The notes beneath the pieces were generated by a model, which was given only the letters and a program-made list of their open reading frames with translations, ran no database searches and had not been told where the DNA came from. DNA of 64,000 nucleotides from Prevotella sp. (lineage in GTDB: Bacteria; Bacteroidota; Bacteroidia; Bacteroidales; Bacteroidaceae), in NCBI GenBank assembly GCA_017462915.1, contig JAFTQG010000046.1:15856-79855 (forward strand), written 5' to 3'. The position numbers and the translations under genes were made by a program. Below are positions 9,501-19,334 of the stretch, piece by piece; positions within the stretch are counted from its first letter, which is position 1, and the number at the start of each line of letters is the position of its first letter.

Positions 9501-12500
9501 ATTCTGATCAGAGGACAGAAGCCTACGATACGTCATACAAGACAACCCCTGACGTCGAGGATATCAACCAGGACTTCACTCTGAACGAATACGAGAAATA
9601 CTATCAGTACCACATTTCCCTGCGTCCGGAGGACATGCAAGTGGGACAGAACTTCATCGTCGACAAGCGTGTCGCCTCTCCACCGCTGCGCAACAGCGAC
9701 CGAGAGCAGGTGACATGGTACCAGTTCCGCATTCCACTCCGTGAATACGAGAGCAAGGTCGGCTCTATCTCCGACTTCACATCAATACGCTTCATGCGCA
9801 TGTTCCTCACCAATTTCGAGAAGCCTGTCGTCGTGCGTCTCGGCACACTCGACCTTGTCCGCGGCGAATGGCGTGTATATGAGCAGAGCCTTGAGAACTC
9901 TGCCTCAACGGGAACACTGGCCGTGAGCGCTGTGAATATCGAGGAAAACAATGAGAAGACTCCTGTAAACTACGTCCTGCCGCCAGGCATCTCGCGCGTC
10001 GTAGACCCTTCACAGCCACAGCTTACGGAAAACAACGAGCAGGCTCTGGCAATGACACTCACGAACATGGCATCGGGAGAGTCAAAGTGTGTATATAAGA
10101 ATATGTCTCTCGACATGCGCTACTACAAGCATCTGCAGATGTTTGCACACGCACATGCCTTCGAAGCAGACCCTACAGCCCTCACAGACAATCAGCTCGC
10201 ACTCTTCGTACGTGTAGGTTCCGACTATAAGTCAAATTTCTACGAGTACGAGATACCGCTGAAGCTCACCGCTCCAGGACACTACTCATCCGAGGAGCGC
10301 CGTTTCGTATGGCCGGAGGAGAACATGCTCGACATCGACCTCAGCGTCTTCACCGCTCTGAAGAAAGAGCGCAACAGGATGGGAAAGGCGTACAACCAGT
10401 TGCATACGGCATACGATCCCAACAATCCTAAAAACAAAGTATCCATCATGGGCAATCCAACTCTCGGTGAGGTGAAGACCATGATTATCGGCGTGCGTAA
10501 CCTGGCGTCATCCACAAAATCAGGAGAAGTGTGGGTCAATGAGCTTCGTCTGAAAGAGACAGAGAACTCCGGAGGCTGGGCGGCACAGGGAAGCATGAAC
10601 CTGCAGATGTCCGACCTCGGCACTGTCAATGTCAACGGAAAGCATACATCGGCAGGATTCGGCGGTCTGGAGCAGGGCGTGACACAGCGTTCTACCGACG
10701 ATTTCACGACATATTCCGTAACGGCAAATGTCGAACTCGGCAAGTTCTTCCCTGACAAGGCAAAGGTTTCCCTGCCTGTATACTACAGTATGACAAAGGA
10801 GAAAACATCGCCGAAATACAATCCGCTGGACACGGACATGAAACTCAAGGACGCTCTCGATGCCGAACCTGACAAGCATAAGCGTGACTCGATAGAGAGC
10901 ATCGCCGTGACAAAGGTGACAAACACTAACTTCTCCGTATCCAATGCACGTGTCGGAATATCCACAAAGGGACACCCTATGCCTTATGACCCGGCAAACT
11001 TCTCGCTATCGTACAGCCATTCGCACACACACAAGCAGGGCGAGACGACCATCTACGAGAACGAGGACAACTGGCGAGGCTCGCTGAACTACTCATGGAG
11101 CCCTGTATATAAGCCTCTGGAACCTTTCAGGAAAATAAAGTCAAAGTCGAAATATTATGACATCCTGAAGCGTTTCGGCCTGAACTGGCTGCCGCAGTCT
11201 GTAACTTTCAATACAGAGATGACACGCTCTTACTACGAGTTGCAGGAGCGTGACATGGAGGCACTGGAGAACTCACAGTTGCCGCTGACATTCAGTTCGC
11301 AGTTCCTGTGGAACCGTGACTTCTCACTGCGCTGGGACTTGACCAAGAATCTGCACTTCAACTTCCAGTCGGCGACACATGCGGAGATAGAAGAGCCGTA
11401 CACTGCCGTCAACAAAGACCTCTATCCGGAACGCTACCAGGCATGGAAAGACTCTGTATGGACAAGCATCAAGCATTTCGGCACACCGCTCGACTACAGC
11501 CAGAATGTCAGCGCGTCGTACCGACTGCCTCTCAACCTCATACCAATCTTTGACTGGCTCACGGCAGACGGCAGCTATTCATCCACCTACAACTGGGTGC
11601 GCGGCACTGAGCTTGAGGACGGTACATCGCTCGGAAACACGGTAGCCATGAACAGGACATACACCCTCAACGGCTCTTTTGCCATGGAGAAACTGTACAA
11701 TCATGTCCCGTTCCTGAAGAAGACAAACGAGAGATTCAACCGAACTCCGCGACGCGACAACAAGAAGAACGACAAGACGAAGAAGGGCAAGGGAAATGAC
11801 CAGAACGCAAAGAACGACCCTAAGACGCAACTGCCTAAGAACAAGAACTCTGTAGAGAAGGAACTGACACTGTATCCTGACAGCGCGATAGAGTTCTCCC
11901 ACGGCAAGAACTCCAAGCGTCTCATAGTCACGGCAAAGGCAAAGGACGGAAAACTCGTGCCTATCAAGTTCAAGAAGAAGGACAACAACAAGATTGCCGT
12001 CTCCCTGAAAGGCGACTCTGCCATGGAGGTGAAGCTCACCGTGATGAAACTTCCTGACCTTGACTCCGAGAAATGGTACCGCACGGCGCAGTCCGTGGCA
12101 CGCTTCCTCATGATGGTGCGTAATGTCAGCTTCACCTACCGCAATACCTACTCTCTCTCGTTGCCGGGATTCATGAACTCCGTCGGTGATGCCTTCGGAC
12201 AGAAACGGTGTGACGGCCTCCTGTCACCAGGCCTCGACTTCGCCTTCGGACTTGTCGATGACGGCTTCATAGACAATGCGAAAGAGCGCGGATGGCTCAT
12301 GACCAACGACTCCATAGCCACCCCTGCCGCCACTAACAGCACCGAGGACATACAGTTCAGGGCAACCCTTGAACCGTTCAGGAACTTCAAGATAGACCTC
12401 AATGCGAGCCGTACCATGACACGTGCGAAGAGCGTGCAGTACATGTACCGCGGCAATCCTACCACACATTCGGGAACATTCACCATGACAACGCTGTCCA

Positions 12501-13564
12501 TCGGTTCGGCTCTCGAGGGCAGCGGCAACCAGAACAACGGATTCCGCTCAAAGACCTTCGAGAAATTCTGCAACTCCCTCGAAGGTTTCAGGCAGCGTGT
12601 AGAGGCGCAGTATGCCGGGACAAGGTATCCCGAAGGCACAAGCCTTGCAGGACAGCCGTTCGACGCCGCTAAGAACGGCGGCGTAAACCAATACAGCGCG
12701 GATGTCATGGTGCCGGCATTCCTCAACGCCTACACATCCATGGGAGGAAACAACCTCAGCCTGTTCCCGTCGCTTACGAAGCTCCTGCCCAACTGGTCCC
12801 TGAGATACAGCGGACTGGGACAGCTCACATGGTTCCGCGACAGGTTCAAGAGCGTGAACATCACCCACGGATACAAGAGCATCTATGCCGTTGGCTCATA
12901 CAGCAGTTTCTCCACATTCCAGGAGTTCATGAACGGCCTCGGCTTCATCACCGATGCCACAACGTCAAACCCTATACCTAACTCCATGTACAATGTCTCG
13001 CAGGTCAGCATCAACGAGGCGTTCTCACCACTGCTCGGCATAGACGTGACACTGAACAACGGCATGACAATCAAGGGAGAATACCGCACCACACGCGTGC
13101 TGAACCTCTCCATGACAAGTGTCCAGATTACCGAGACGACCTCCAAGGACTGGGTCTTCGGCATCGGCTACAAGCTACAGGACTTCCGCCTGCTCGGAGG
13201 TTCCAACCACCGCAAGGTAAAGGGTTCAGGAAAGAAGGGCGCGGACAACGACAGCAACAACAGCAACCAGACAAAGAAGACGACAAGACGCAACGGATTC
13301 AGCCATGACCTGAACCTCCGCCTTGACCTCAGCTTCAGGAAGCAGGCGGCCATCAACCGCGACATAGCATCCATGATATCTACCGCAACAAGCGGCAACA
13401 ATGCTTTCAAACTGTCATTCTCTGCCGACTATGCCCTGTCGAGACTGATGACCATGAGCTTCTATTTCGACCGCCAGAGCAATACTCCGCTGCTGTCGAA
13501 CAACTCATATCCGACAACGACGCAGGACTTCGGACTGTCACTGAAATTCTCCCTGACAAGATAG
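6515..13564 (+). CDS. sprA: T9SS translocon / cell-surface gliding protein SprA (main body)
   Basis: 2349-aa ORF. It has the motif FDLGPAEKIFGPGGVRIKTQGTAELRFG, beta-rich repeats throughout, and the size typical of SprA. The frame is open upstream of 6515 back into the 6024 ORF. Confidence 0.9.
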   Translation: MHFDLGPAEKIFGPGGVRIKTQGTAELRFGATIKKIDNPSLPIRNRKTTAIDFDEKINVNVTGKVGDKVNMGLSYNTDATFNFDQQNIKLKYEGKEDEIIKLVEAGNVSFPSNSSLVQGASSLFGIRTDLQFGKLKLQTVLSQKKSNSSSVSTKGGVQLTPFEIDVANYEENRHFFLSNFFRAQYDKGMASLPNITTGVKINRVEVWVTNKSGATTNTRNVIALTDLGEAQKISNSMWGGDKGNDFPSSNAANTEYATMVSTLQDARDIDLTSTTLDGYSLVGGADYEKIERARQLSSSEYSINQYLGYISLKTTLQTDQVLAVAYEYTYGGQTYQVGEFASDQPDNSKALFVKSLKNTSNNPQQGNWPLMMKNVYYLASSVEKTKFRLDVKFQSDSAGVYLTYIPEQQVKGTPLIRLLGADRLDNNNKAHSNGYFDFVEGYTVSNGRVFFPKVEPFGSYLYETLRSQGVPNPEKYAYTELYDSTKTIAKQIAEKNKFVLSGQFKGTSSNVISLGAYNVPRGSVIVTAGGVVLTEGTDYSVDYAAGEVTILNQSIIDAGTNINVSLESDTDYGQQRKTMVGINWEYDFSKDFQMSGTFQHLSEQALTTKVTMGSEPLKNTLWGVNLNWKKESQWLTNILDKLPFLHLTAPSSIQVSAEFAQLIAGTASGTQDNASYLDDFENTTNKIDVSTPTSWTLSSVPTMFEESKDKSTLASGFNRSLLAWYNIDPLFTRQGSSLTPGHIKGDLAQLSNHYVREVYVSELFPNRDQSTYNGAVSTLPILNLAYYPDERGPYNFTTALDDKGHLTMPKRSWGGMMRKLDTSDFETANVEYIEFWMLDPFINSQNGYSDTQGMGGDMYFNLGEVSEDILRDGKKFYESGMPTDGSQAFTTTQWGKIPTQAAVTYAFSTASGTRHLQDVGYNGLTDDEERSFEGYRTFLDYVNATYSGNDSVYNAIMNDPAGDDYQYFRSSDFDNRQTPILERYKRINNPQGNSPDSDQRTEAYDTSYKTTPDVEDINQDFTLNEYEKYYQYHISLRPEDMQVGQNFIVDKRVASPPLRNSDREQVTWYQFRIPLREYESKVGSISDFTSIRFMRMFLTNFEKPVVVRLGTLDLVRGEWRVYEQSLENSASTGTLAVSAVNIEENNEKTPVNYVLPPGISRVVDPSQPQLTENNEQALAMTLTNMASGESKCVYKNMSLDMRYYKHLQMFAHAHAFEADPTALTDNQLALFVRVGSDYKSNFYEYEIPLKLTAPGHYSSEERRFVWPEENMLDIDLSVFTALKKERNRMGKAYNQLHTAYDPNNPKNKVSIMGNPTLGEVKTMIIGVRNLASSTKSGEVWVNELRLKETENSGGWAAQGSMNLQMSDLGTVNVNGKHTSAGFGGLEQGVTQRSTDDFTTYSVTANVELGKFFPDKAKVSLPVYYSMTKEKTSPKYNPLDTDMKLKDALDAEPDKHKRDSIESIAVTKVTNTNFSVSNARVGISTKGHPMPYDPANFSLSYSHSHTHKQGETTIYENEDNWRGSLNYSWSPVYKPLEPFRKIKSKSKYYDILKRFGLNWLPQSVTFNTEMTRSYYELQERDMEALENSQLPLTFSSQFLWNRDFSLRWDLTKNLHFNFQSATHAEIEEPYTAVNKDLYPERYQAWKDSVWTSIKHFGTPLDYSQNVSASYRLPLNLIPIFDWLTADGSYSSTYNWVRGTELEDGTSLGNTVAMNRTYTLNGSFAMEKLYNHVPFLKKTNERFNRTPRRDNKKNDKTKKGKGNDQNAKNDPKTQLPKNKNSVEKELTLYPDSAIEFSHGKNSKRLIVTAKAKDGKLVPIKFKKKDNNKIAVSLKGDSAMEVKLTVMKLPDLDSEKWYRTAQSVARFLMMVRNVSFTYRNTYSLSLPGFMNSVGDAFGQKRCDGLLSPGLDFAFGLVDDGFIDNAKERGWLMTNDSIATPAATNSTEDIQFRATLEPFRNFKIDLNASRTMTRAKSVQYMYRGNPTTHSGTFTMTTLSIGSALEGSGNQNNGFRSKTFEKFCNSLEGFRQRVEAQYAGTRYPEGTSLAGQPFDAAKNGGVNQYSADVMVPAFLNAYTSMGGNNLSLFPSLTKLLPNWSLRYSGLGQLTWFRDRFKSVNITHGYKSIYAVGSYSSFSTFQEFMNGLGFITDATTSNPIPNSMYNVSQVSINEAFSPLLGIDVTLNNGMTIKGEYRTTRVLNLSMTSVQITETTSKDWVFGIGYKLQDFRLLGGSNHRKVKGSGKKGADNDSNNSNQTKKTTRRNGFSHDLNLRLDLSFRKQAAINRDIASMISTATSGNNAFKLSFSADYALSRLMTMSFYFDRQSNTPLLSNNSYPTTTQDFGLSLKFSLTR

Positions 13565-13745
13565 TCTGCCGAAGTTCCTGCCTCCGCCCTTTGCCGACAG
13601 ACACGACCACGCCGGCGATGCCATCCGCGAAAGGCCATAAAGCCTGTCACGGATGGTATCTTCCGTGAAAAAGGAAACGACATTATATATATTATAATAT
13701 GTGAGGCTGCTATAAGAAAGGCCTCACACTGCAAAACTGACAACC

Positions 13746-15038
13746 ATGAAACGACTGTTTATACTCACATATCTCCTCTTCCCTCTCCTGCTGTTGCTGC
13801 CGGGCACAGCGCAGGAAGTGACAGACTCCGTCACGACAGACACCCTCTACACCGACACGCTGGAGACTGACACACTGGCTTCGGACAGCCTTGTGCACAA
13901 GACCGTGCAGCAGAAGATAAGTGAACTCCTCGACACAGACTTTTTCAAGAAGACACAAGTGGGCATCATGGTCTACGACCTCACTGCCGATTCCCTCGTC
14001 TTCGCCCATAACGAACGCCAGCTGCTGCGCCCGGCATCGACCATGAAGGTCCTTACAGCCATCACCGCACTGGACTATCTGGACGGCTCATACCGCTACG
14101 CCACATCATTGAGATACAACGACGGCGACCTCACTGTCGTGGGAGGAATGGACCCGCGGTTCAACAGCGACGACATGAACGCGTTTGTAGAGGCTGTCGA
14201 GAAGCTCGATACAGACACCATCTATGGCGAACTGAAAGAGGACAGGTCGTTCAAGGACTCCAAGACGTTAGGCGAAGGCTGGTGCTGGGACGACAAGAAT
14301 CCGGTCCTCACGCCGTTGCCATGGAACCGCAAGGACAAGTTTCTCGAGAAATTCAGACAGATGCTTGCCAATGCACATATCGTGATTTTGCCGAAAGACT
14401 CCATCCCGAGAGATTCTCTCGGCAACAGGATTGCCACAGCATCGTCATCTATCGCCCCGTCAACACTCGTCACACGCCACCACACCCTTGACCAGATACT
14501 TGGCAGGATGATGAAAGAGTCAGACAATTTCTATGCCGAGACGATGCTTTACCAGATAGCCCACAAGGCCGGAGGCAAGGGTGCTTCCGCGAAATCGGCC
14601 TTCACTGTCATGAAACGCCTGATACGCAAGCTCGGACTTGACCCTTCCGACTATCGTCTCGCTGACGGTTCGGGCCTGTCACTGTACAACTACCAGACGA
14701 CAGAGCTGCAGGCAAAGCTACTGCGCTATGCCTATAAGGACTCCAATATATACAGCCATCTGTATCAGTCCATGCCTGTCGCAGGAGTCGACGGCACGCT
14801 GAAAGAGAGGATGAAACGCACGAAATGCCGAGGCAACGTGCGCGCCAAGACAGGCACCCTTACGGGAATATCGTCACTGGCAGGATACCTGACGACGGAG
14901 AACGGCAACGTCCTGTGCTTCTCCATCATCAATCAAGGCATACGCCGCGCAGCACCAGCAAAGGCTTTCCAAGACAAAGTCTGCATGATTCTTTACGGAT
15001 ACGGGGCGCAATGTCAGCAACAGCCTGCCGAACCGTGA
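13746..15038 (+). CDS. dacB: D-alanyl-D-alanine carboxypeptidase/endopeptidase, PBP4 (S13) family
   Basis: Signal peptide plus the three motifs STMK (SxxK), SDN (SxN) and KTGTL (KTG). Confidence 0.8.
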   Translation: MKRLFILTYLLFPLLLLLPGTAQEVTDSVTTDTLYTDTLETDTLASDSLVHKTVQQKISELLDTDFFKKTQVGIMVYDLTADSLVFAHNERQLLRPASTMKVLTAITALDYLDGSYRYATSLRYNDGDLTVVGGMDPRFNSDDMNAFVEAVEKLDTDTIYGELKEDRSFKDSKTLGEGWCWDDKNPVLTPLPWNRKDKFLEKFRQMLANAHIVILPKDSIPRDSLGNRIATASSSIAPSTLVTRHHTLDQILGRMMKESDNFYAETMLYQIAHKAGGKGASAKSAFTVMKRLIRKLGLDPSDYRLADGSGLSLYNYQTTELQAKLLRYAYKDSNIYSHLYQSMPVAGVDGTLKERMKRTKCRGNVRAKTGTLTGISSLAGYLTTENGNVLCFSIINQGIRRAAPAKAFQDKVCMILYGYGAQCQQQPAEP

Positions 15039-15130
15039 CCTTTCACACCACAAAAGGTGACGGTTGACAGGGTGAAAGGTCACCCTCTGCCCAGCAAAAG
15101 GTCACCTTCCGCAAAACGCCCCGTGACCAT
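15033..15130. repeat. cluster of REP-like palindromic units AAAGGTSACC(TTT), 5 units
   Basis: Units: ccgtgaccttt (overlaps the dacB stop), aaaaggtgacgg, gaaaggtcaccct, aaaaggtcacctt, ccgtgaccat. They share a roughly 40-nt module with the 21946-22004 cluster. Confidence 0.7.
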
Positions 15131-15265
15131 ACGCCTGACAATCCGCCACACGCCCGGCACATGACAGCCACCGACATCGGCAGGAATCAATTCTCCACCA
15201 TGCACGGCTATGGAGCTCTCAGCCATATTTTTCATGTTTTTCTTTGCCGTTTGCGAAATATTTTG

Positions 15266-15273
15266 TACTTTTG
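15266..15273 (+). promoter_or_regulatory. candidate -7 box TACTTTTG for etfB operon
   Basis: TAnnTTTG match about 100 nt upstream of ATG 15377. Confidence 0.4.
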
Positions 15274-15376
15274 CAGGGCAAGAAGACACGGACTATAAGC
15301 CACTTAAATCCGCGGAACATTGCACAGACACAATAAAGATACAATAACAAAAAGATAATAACTAAAACTACATCTT

Positions 15377-16186
15377 ATGAGTTTAAAGATTGTTGTACTT
15401 GCCAAACAAGTACCAGACACAAGAAATGTCGGCCCTGACGCCATGACTCCGGAAGGCACCGTCAACCGTGCCGCGTTGCCTGCCGTTTTCAATCCGGACG
15501 ACCTCAACGCTCTTGAGCAGGCTCTTATCCTCAAGGACAGGTTCCCTGGCTCTGTCGTGACAGTCGTGACAATGGGACTACCTAAGGCCGCTGCCATCAT
15601 CCGCGAGGCACTCTACCGCGGTGCAGACAAAGGATATGTCGTTACCGACCGCCCTCTCGGCGGTGCAGATACCCTTGCCACATCATACACACTCGCACAG
15701 GCTGTCAAGAAAACCGGTGACGCCGACATCATCCTATGCGGACGCCAGGCCATCGACGGCGATACCGCACAGGTAGGCCCACAGATAGCCGAGAAGCTCG
15801 GACTCACACAGGTGACATACGCAGAAGAGATTCTCTCCCTCGACGAGGATGCAAGGAAGATTGTCATCAAGCGTCATATCGACGGCGGTGTGGAGACCGT
15901 AGAGGCGCCGCTGCCTATCGTTGTCACTGTCAATGGCTCAGCAGCGCCTTGCCGCCCGGCAAACGCGAAGCGCATCATGGCATACAAGAAGGTAGACATA
16001 CCGGAGTGGAACGCACAGGATATCGAGTGCGACCCGAAGCAGATCGGCAAGGCCGGCTCTCCTACCAACGTGAAAGCCGTGAAGAACATCGTCTTCAAGG
16101 CAAAGGAATCACGCACGCTCACCGGTTCGGAAGAAGACATCAACGGACTTATTGTAGAACTTCTCGATGAGAAAATCATCGGATAA
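15377..16186 (+). CDS. etfB: electron transfer flavoprotein subunit beta
   Basis: MSLKIVVLAKQVPDT... is a typical EtfB/FixA N-terminus, and etfA follows directly. Confidence 0.85.
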   Translation: MSLKIVVLAKQVPDTRNVGPDAMTPEGTVNRAALPAVFNPDDLNALEQALILKDRFPGSVVTVVTMGLPKAAAIIREALYRGADKGYVVTDRPLGGADTLATSYTLAQAVKKTGDADIILCGRQAIDGDTAQVGPQIAEKLGLTQVTYAEEILSLDEDARKIVIKRHIDGGVETVEAPLPIVVTVNGSAAPCRPANAKRIMAYKKVDIPEWNAQDIECDPKQIGKAGSPTNVKAVKNIVFKAKESRTLTGSEEDINGLIVELLDEKIIG

Positions 16187-16201
16187 CAAGGCGCATTTCC
16201 C

Positions 16202-17242
16202 ATGAACAACGTATTTGTATATTGCGAAATAGAGGGAACGACAGTAAAGGATGTCGCTCTCGAACTTCTGACAAAAGGCCGCAAGCTCGCCAACACTCTC
16301 GGCGTGCAGCTGGAGTGCATCATCGCCGGTGCCGGCCTTGACGGCGTGGAAAACCAAGTAATGAAATATGGTGTGGACAAGGTGCACATCTTCGATGCCG
16401 AAGGCCTGTTCCCTTACACCACAAATCCGCACACGGCTCTCGTGGTGAATCTCTTCAAGGAAGAGAAACCTCAGATATGCCTTCTCGGAGCGACCGTCAT
16501 AGGACGCGACCTCGGACCACGTGTCTCTTCGGCACTGTTCAGCGGCCTTACCGCCGACTGTACCGAACTTGAAATAGGCGATTTCGACATGAAAGTGAAG
16601 AACGAGAACGGCGAACTCGTCACCAAGCACTACGAGCAGCAGCTTTATCAGATTCGTCCGGCGTTCGGCGGCAATATCGTTGCCACTATCGTCAATCCTG
16701 AGCACCGTCCACAGATGGCCACCGTCCGTGAGGGTGTGATGAAGAAAGAGGTGCTCGACGAGAACTACAAGGGTGAGGTCATCAGACACGATGTAGCGAA
16801 ATATGTACCTGAGACAGAGTATGTAGTCAAGGTTCTCGACCGCCATGTCGAGGAGGCAAAGCACAATCTCAAAGGCGCTCCTATCGTTGTCGCAGGAGGC
16901 TACGGTGTCGGTTCAAAGGAAGGATTCGACCAGCTCTTCCAGCTTGCAAAGGAACTCCATGCCGAGGTCGGTGCTTCTCGCGCCGCAGTAGATGCCGGAT
17001 GGGTAGACCATGACCGCCAGATAGGCCAGACAGGTGTCACCGTACGCCCGAAGGTATATATCGCCTGCGGCATCTCAGGGCAGATACAGCACATCGCCGG
17101 AATGCAGGATTCAGGCATAATCATATCCATCAACTGCGACCCGAACGCACCGATCAACACCATTGCCGACTATGTCATCAACGGTTCTGTTGAGGATGTG
17201 ATACCAAAACTCATAAAATACTACAAGCATAACAATAAATAA
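16202..17242 (+). CDS. etfA: electron transfer flavoprotein subunit alpha
   Basis: 346 aa with the C-terminal FAD-binding signature ..VYIACGISGQIQHIAGM... Confidence 0.85.
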   Translation: MNNVFVYCEIEGTTVKDVALELLTKGRKLANTLGVQLECIIAGAGLDGVENQVMKYGVDKVHIFDAEGLFPYTTNPHTALVVNLFKEEKPQICLLGATVIGRDLGPRVSSALFSGLTADCTELEIGDFDMKVKNENGELVTKHYEQQLYQIRPAFGGNIVATIVNPEHRPQMATVREGVMKKEVLDENYKGEVIRHDVAKYVPETEYVVKVLDRHVEEAKHNLKGAPIVVAGGYGVGSKEGFDQLFQLAKELHAEVGASRAAVDAGWVDHDRQIGQTGVTVRPKVYIACGISGQIQHIAGMQDSGIIISINCDPNAPINTIADYVINGSVEDVIPKLIKYYKHNNK

Positions 17243-17334
17243 AAAGCACTGTACACACCCGTGCCGCATCGCAACCGACACACATGCGGCAACCGATACG
17301 GCACGGATGACAGACTGCACAACCATAAAAGACA

Positions 17335-19089
17335 ATGGCAAATTTCTTTCAAGATAATCCTGAGATAAAGTTTCATCTCAGCCACCCGTTGCTGAAAAGG
17401 ATTGTGGAGCTCAAGGAGCGCAACTATTCCGATTTCGGCAAGTATGACTATGCACCTGAGAACTTCGAGGATGCCCTCGACTCTTATGAGCGTGTGCTTG
17501 ACCTCGCCGGCGATGTAGCGGCAAACATCATTGCCCCTAACGCCGAGGCTGTCGATGCAGAAGGTCCTCATGTAGAAAACAACCGCATGGTCTACGCCTC
17601 AAAGACCTACGAGAATCTTGACGCCACCATCAAGGCTGGCCTCAACGGTGTGACAATGCCACGCCGATACGGCGGCCTCAATTTCCCTATGGCCATCTAC
17701 TCTGCCATAAACGAGATGATAGCCTGCGGCGATACAGGCTTTGAGAACATCTGGTCTCTGCAGGACTGTATAGAGACTCTCTATGAGTTCGGAGACGAGG
17801 ACCAGCGTCAGCGTTATGTCCCACGCGTATGCCAGGGCGAGACGATGTCCATGGACCTCACTGAGCCGGATGCAGGTTCCGACCTGCAGAGTGTCATGCT
17901 CAAGGCGACATTCGACGAGGAGAACAACTGCTGGCGACTGAACGGCTGCAAGCGATTCATCACCAACGGCGACTCAGACATTCACCTTGTGCTTGCACGC
18001 TCAGAGGAGAACACACGCGACGGACGCGGACTCTCCATGTTTATCTACGACAAGCGCGACGGCGGTGTTGACGTGCGACGCATAGAGAACAAGCTCGGCA
18101 TCCACGGCTCCCCTACCTGCGAACTTGTATACAAGAACGCCAAGGCAGAGCTTTGCGGTTCACGCAAGCTCGGACTCATCAAGTATGTCATGGGACTGAT
18201 GAACGGTGCGCGCCTCGGCATTGCAGGCCAGTCTACCGGAACATCACAGATGGCATACAACGAGGCTCTCGCCTATGCCAAGGACAGGAAGCAGTTCGGC
18301 AAGGCTATCATAGAGTTCCCTGCCGTATACGACATGCTCGCGACCATGAAGGCCAAGCTCGACGCAAGCCGCACGCTCTACTACACCACTTCACGCTATG
18401 TAGATGTCTACAAGACTCTTGAGGACATCGAGCGTGAGCGCAAGGAGGCTGGCGAGCGTCTCACACCGGAAGAGAAGGCGGAATGCAAGACATTCTCACG
18501 TCTCGCCGATGCTTTCACACCGCTTGCGAAGGGCATGACATCCGAATATGCCAACCAGATAGCATACGACGGCATACAGGTGCACGGCGGTTCAGGCTTC
18601 ATGCTCGAGTACGCATGCCAGCGTCTGTACCGCGATGCCCGCATCCTCACCATCTACGAGGGTACGACACAGCTCCAGACTGTTGCCGCAGGACGCTACA
18701 TAACGAACGGATTCTACGGACAGGTCATTGCCGATATGCTTGAGGCAGGCCAGGCACCAGCCTCTGTAGGCTGTGCAGACTGGTGTGCAGAGGAGTTCCT
18801 TCCTCTGAAAGAGCGTGTAGCAAAGATGGCAGAGAAGTATAACGAGGCTGTCGCATACACCAACGAGCAGAAGAACGACGAGTTCAAGGACCTCGTCATA
18901 CGTCACCTCTACGAGATGGCAGGCGACTGCATCATGGCGATACTCCTCATCAACGACGCTTCAAAGGCTCCTGAACTGTTCGGCAAATCGGCACGCGTCT
19001 ATACACGATATGCCGCAGCAGAGGTGGAGAAACATTACGATTTCGTGATGTCAGCCACAGCCGCAGACATAGAAGACTACCGCAAGTAA
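17335..19089 (+). CDS. acyl-CoA dehydrogenase (long, ~580-aa type)
   Basis: ACAD motifs are present (..TEPDAGSDL.., ..IQVHGGSGFMLEY..YRDARILTIYEGTTQLQ). It sits in an operon-like arrangement with etfBA. Confidence 0.85.
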   Translation: MANFFQDNPEIKFHLSHPLLKRIVELKERNYSDFGKYDYAPENFEDALDSYERVLDLAGDVAANIIAPNAEAVDAEGPHVENNRMVYASKTYENLDATIKAGLNGVTMPRRYGGLNFPMAIYSAINEMIACGDTGFENIWSLQDCIETLYEFGDEDQRQRYVPRVCQGETMSMDLTEPDAGSDLQSVMLKATFDEENNCWRLNGCKRFITNGDSDIHLVLARSEENTRDGRGLSMFIYDKRDGGVDVRRIENKLGIHGSPTCELVYKNAKAELCGSRKLGLIKYVMGLMNGARLGIAGQSTGTSQMAYNEALAYAKDRKQFGKAIIEFPAVYDMLATMKAKLDASRTLYYTTSRYVDVYKTLEDIERERKEAGERLTPEEKAECKTFSRLADAFTPLAKGMTSEYANQIAYDGIQVHGGSGFMLEYACQRLYRDARILTIYEGTTQLQTVAAGRYITNGFYGQVIADMLEAGQAPASVGCADWCAEEFLPLKERVAKMAEKYNEAVAYTNEQKNDEFKDLVIRHLYEMAGDCIMAILLINDASKAPELFGKSARVYTRYAAAEVEKHYDFVMSATAADIEDYRK

Positions 19090-19214
19090 TGGTTTTATGG
19101 TTATCGGTTGGTGGTGTTTGGTCTTTGGCAAACCCATAACCAACAACCCAAAACCAACAACCGTATAACCCTAAACCGTATAACCGCATAACCGCAAACC
19201 CTATAACCGTCCAA
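19090..19214 (+). repeat. stop-anchored mirrored repeat: GU-rich arm (19090-19128) then AC-rich 7-8-nt periodic arm (19131-19214)
   Basis: Begins directly after the TAA at 19087-19089. In the right arm, aacc recurs every 7-8 nt (ccgtataacc, ccgcataacc ...). Confidence 0.65.
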
Positions 19215-19254
19215 CCGCCATAACCTCCTCGCAAGGGAGATTATGGCGGTTTTT
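19215..19254 (+). terminator. rho-independent terminator after acyl-CoA dehydrogenase
   Basis: Stem ccgccataacctcc / ggagattatggcgg (one mismatch), a short loop, then TTTTT. Confidence 0.8.
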
Positions 19255-19288
19255 CATGTAATTATTTGTCTGTTAATGAAAAAGTTTG

Positions 19289-19296
19289 TACCTTTG
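19289..19296 (+). promoter_or_regulatory. candidate -7 box TACCTTTG for fabI
   Basis: TAnnTTTG match with a TTTG about 21 nt upstream (19265-19268). It lies 39 nt before ATG 19335. Confidence 0.45.
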
Positions 19297-19334
19297 CCGA
19301 GATTTTTTAAGATAACAAACTCAGAAGAAAAAAC

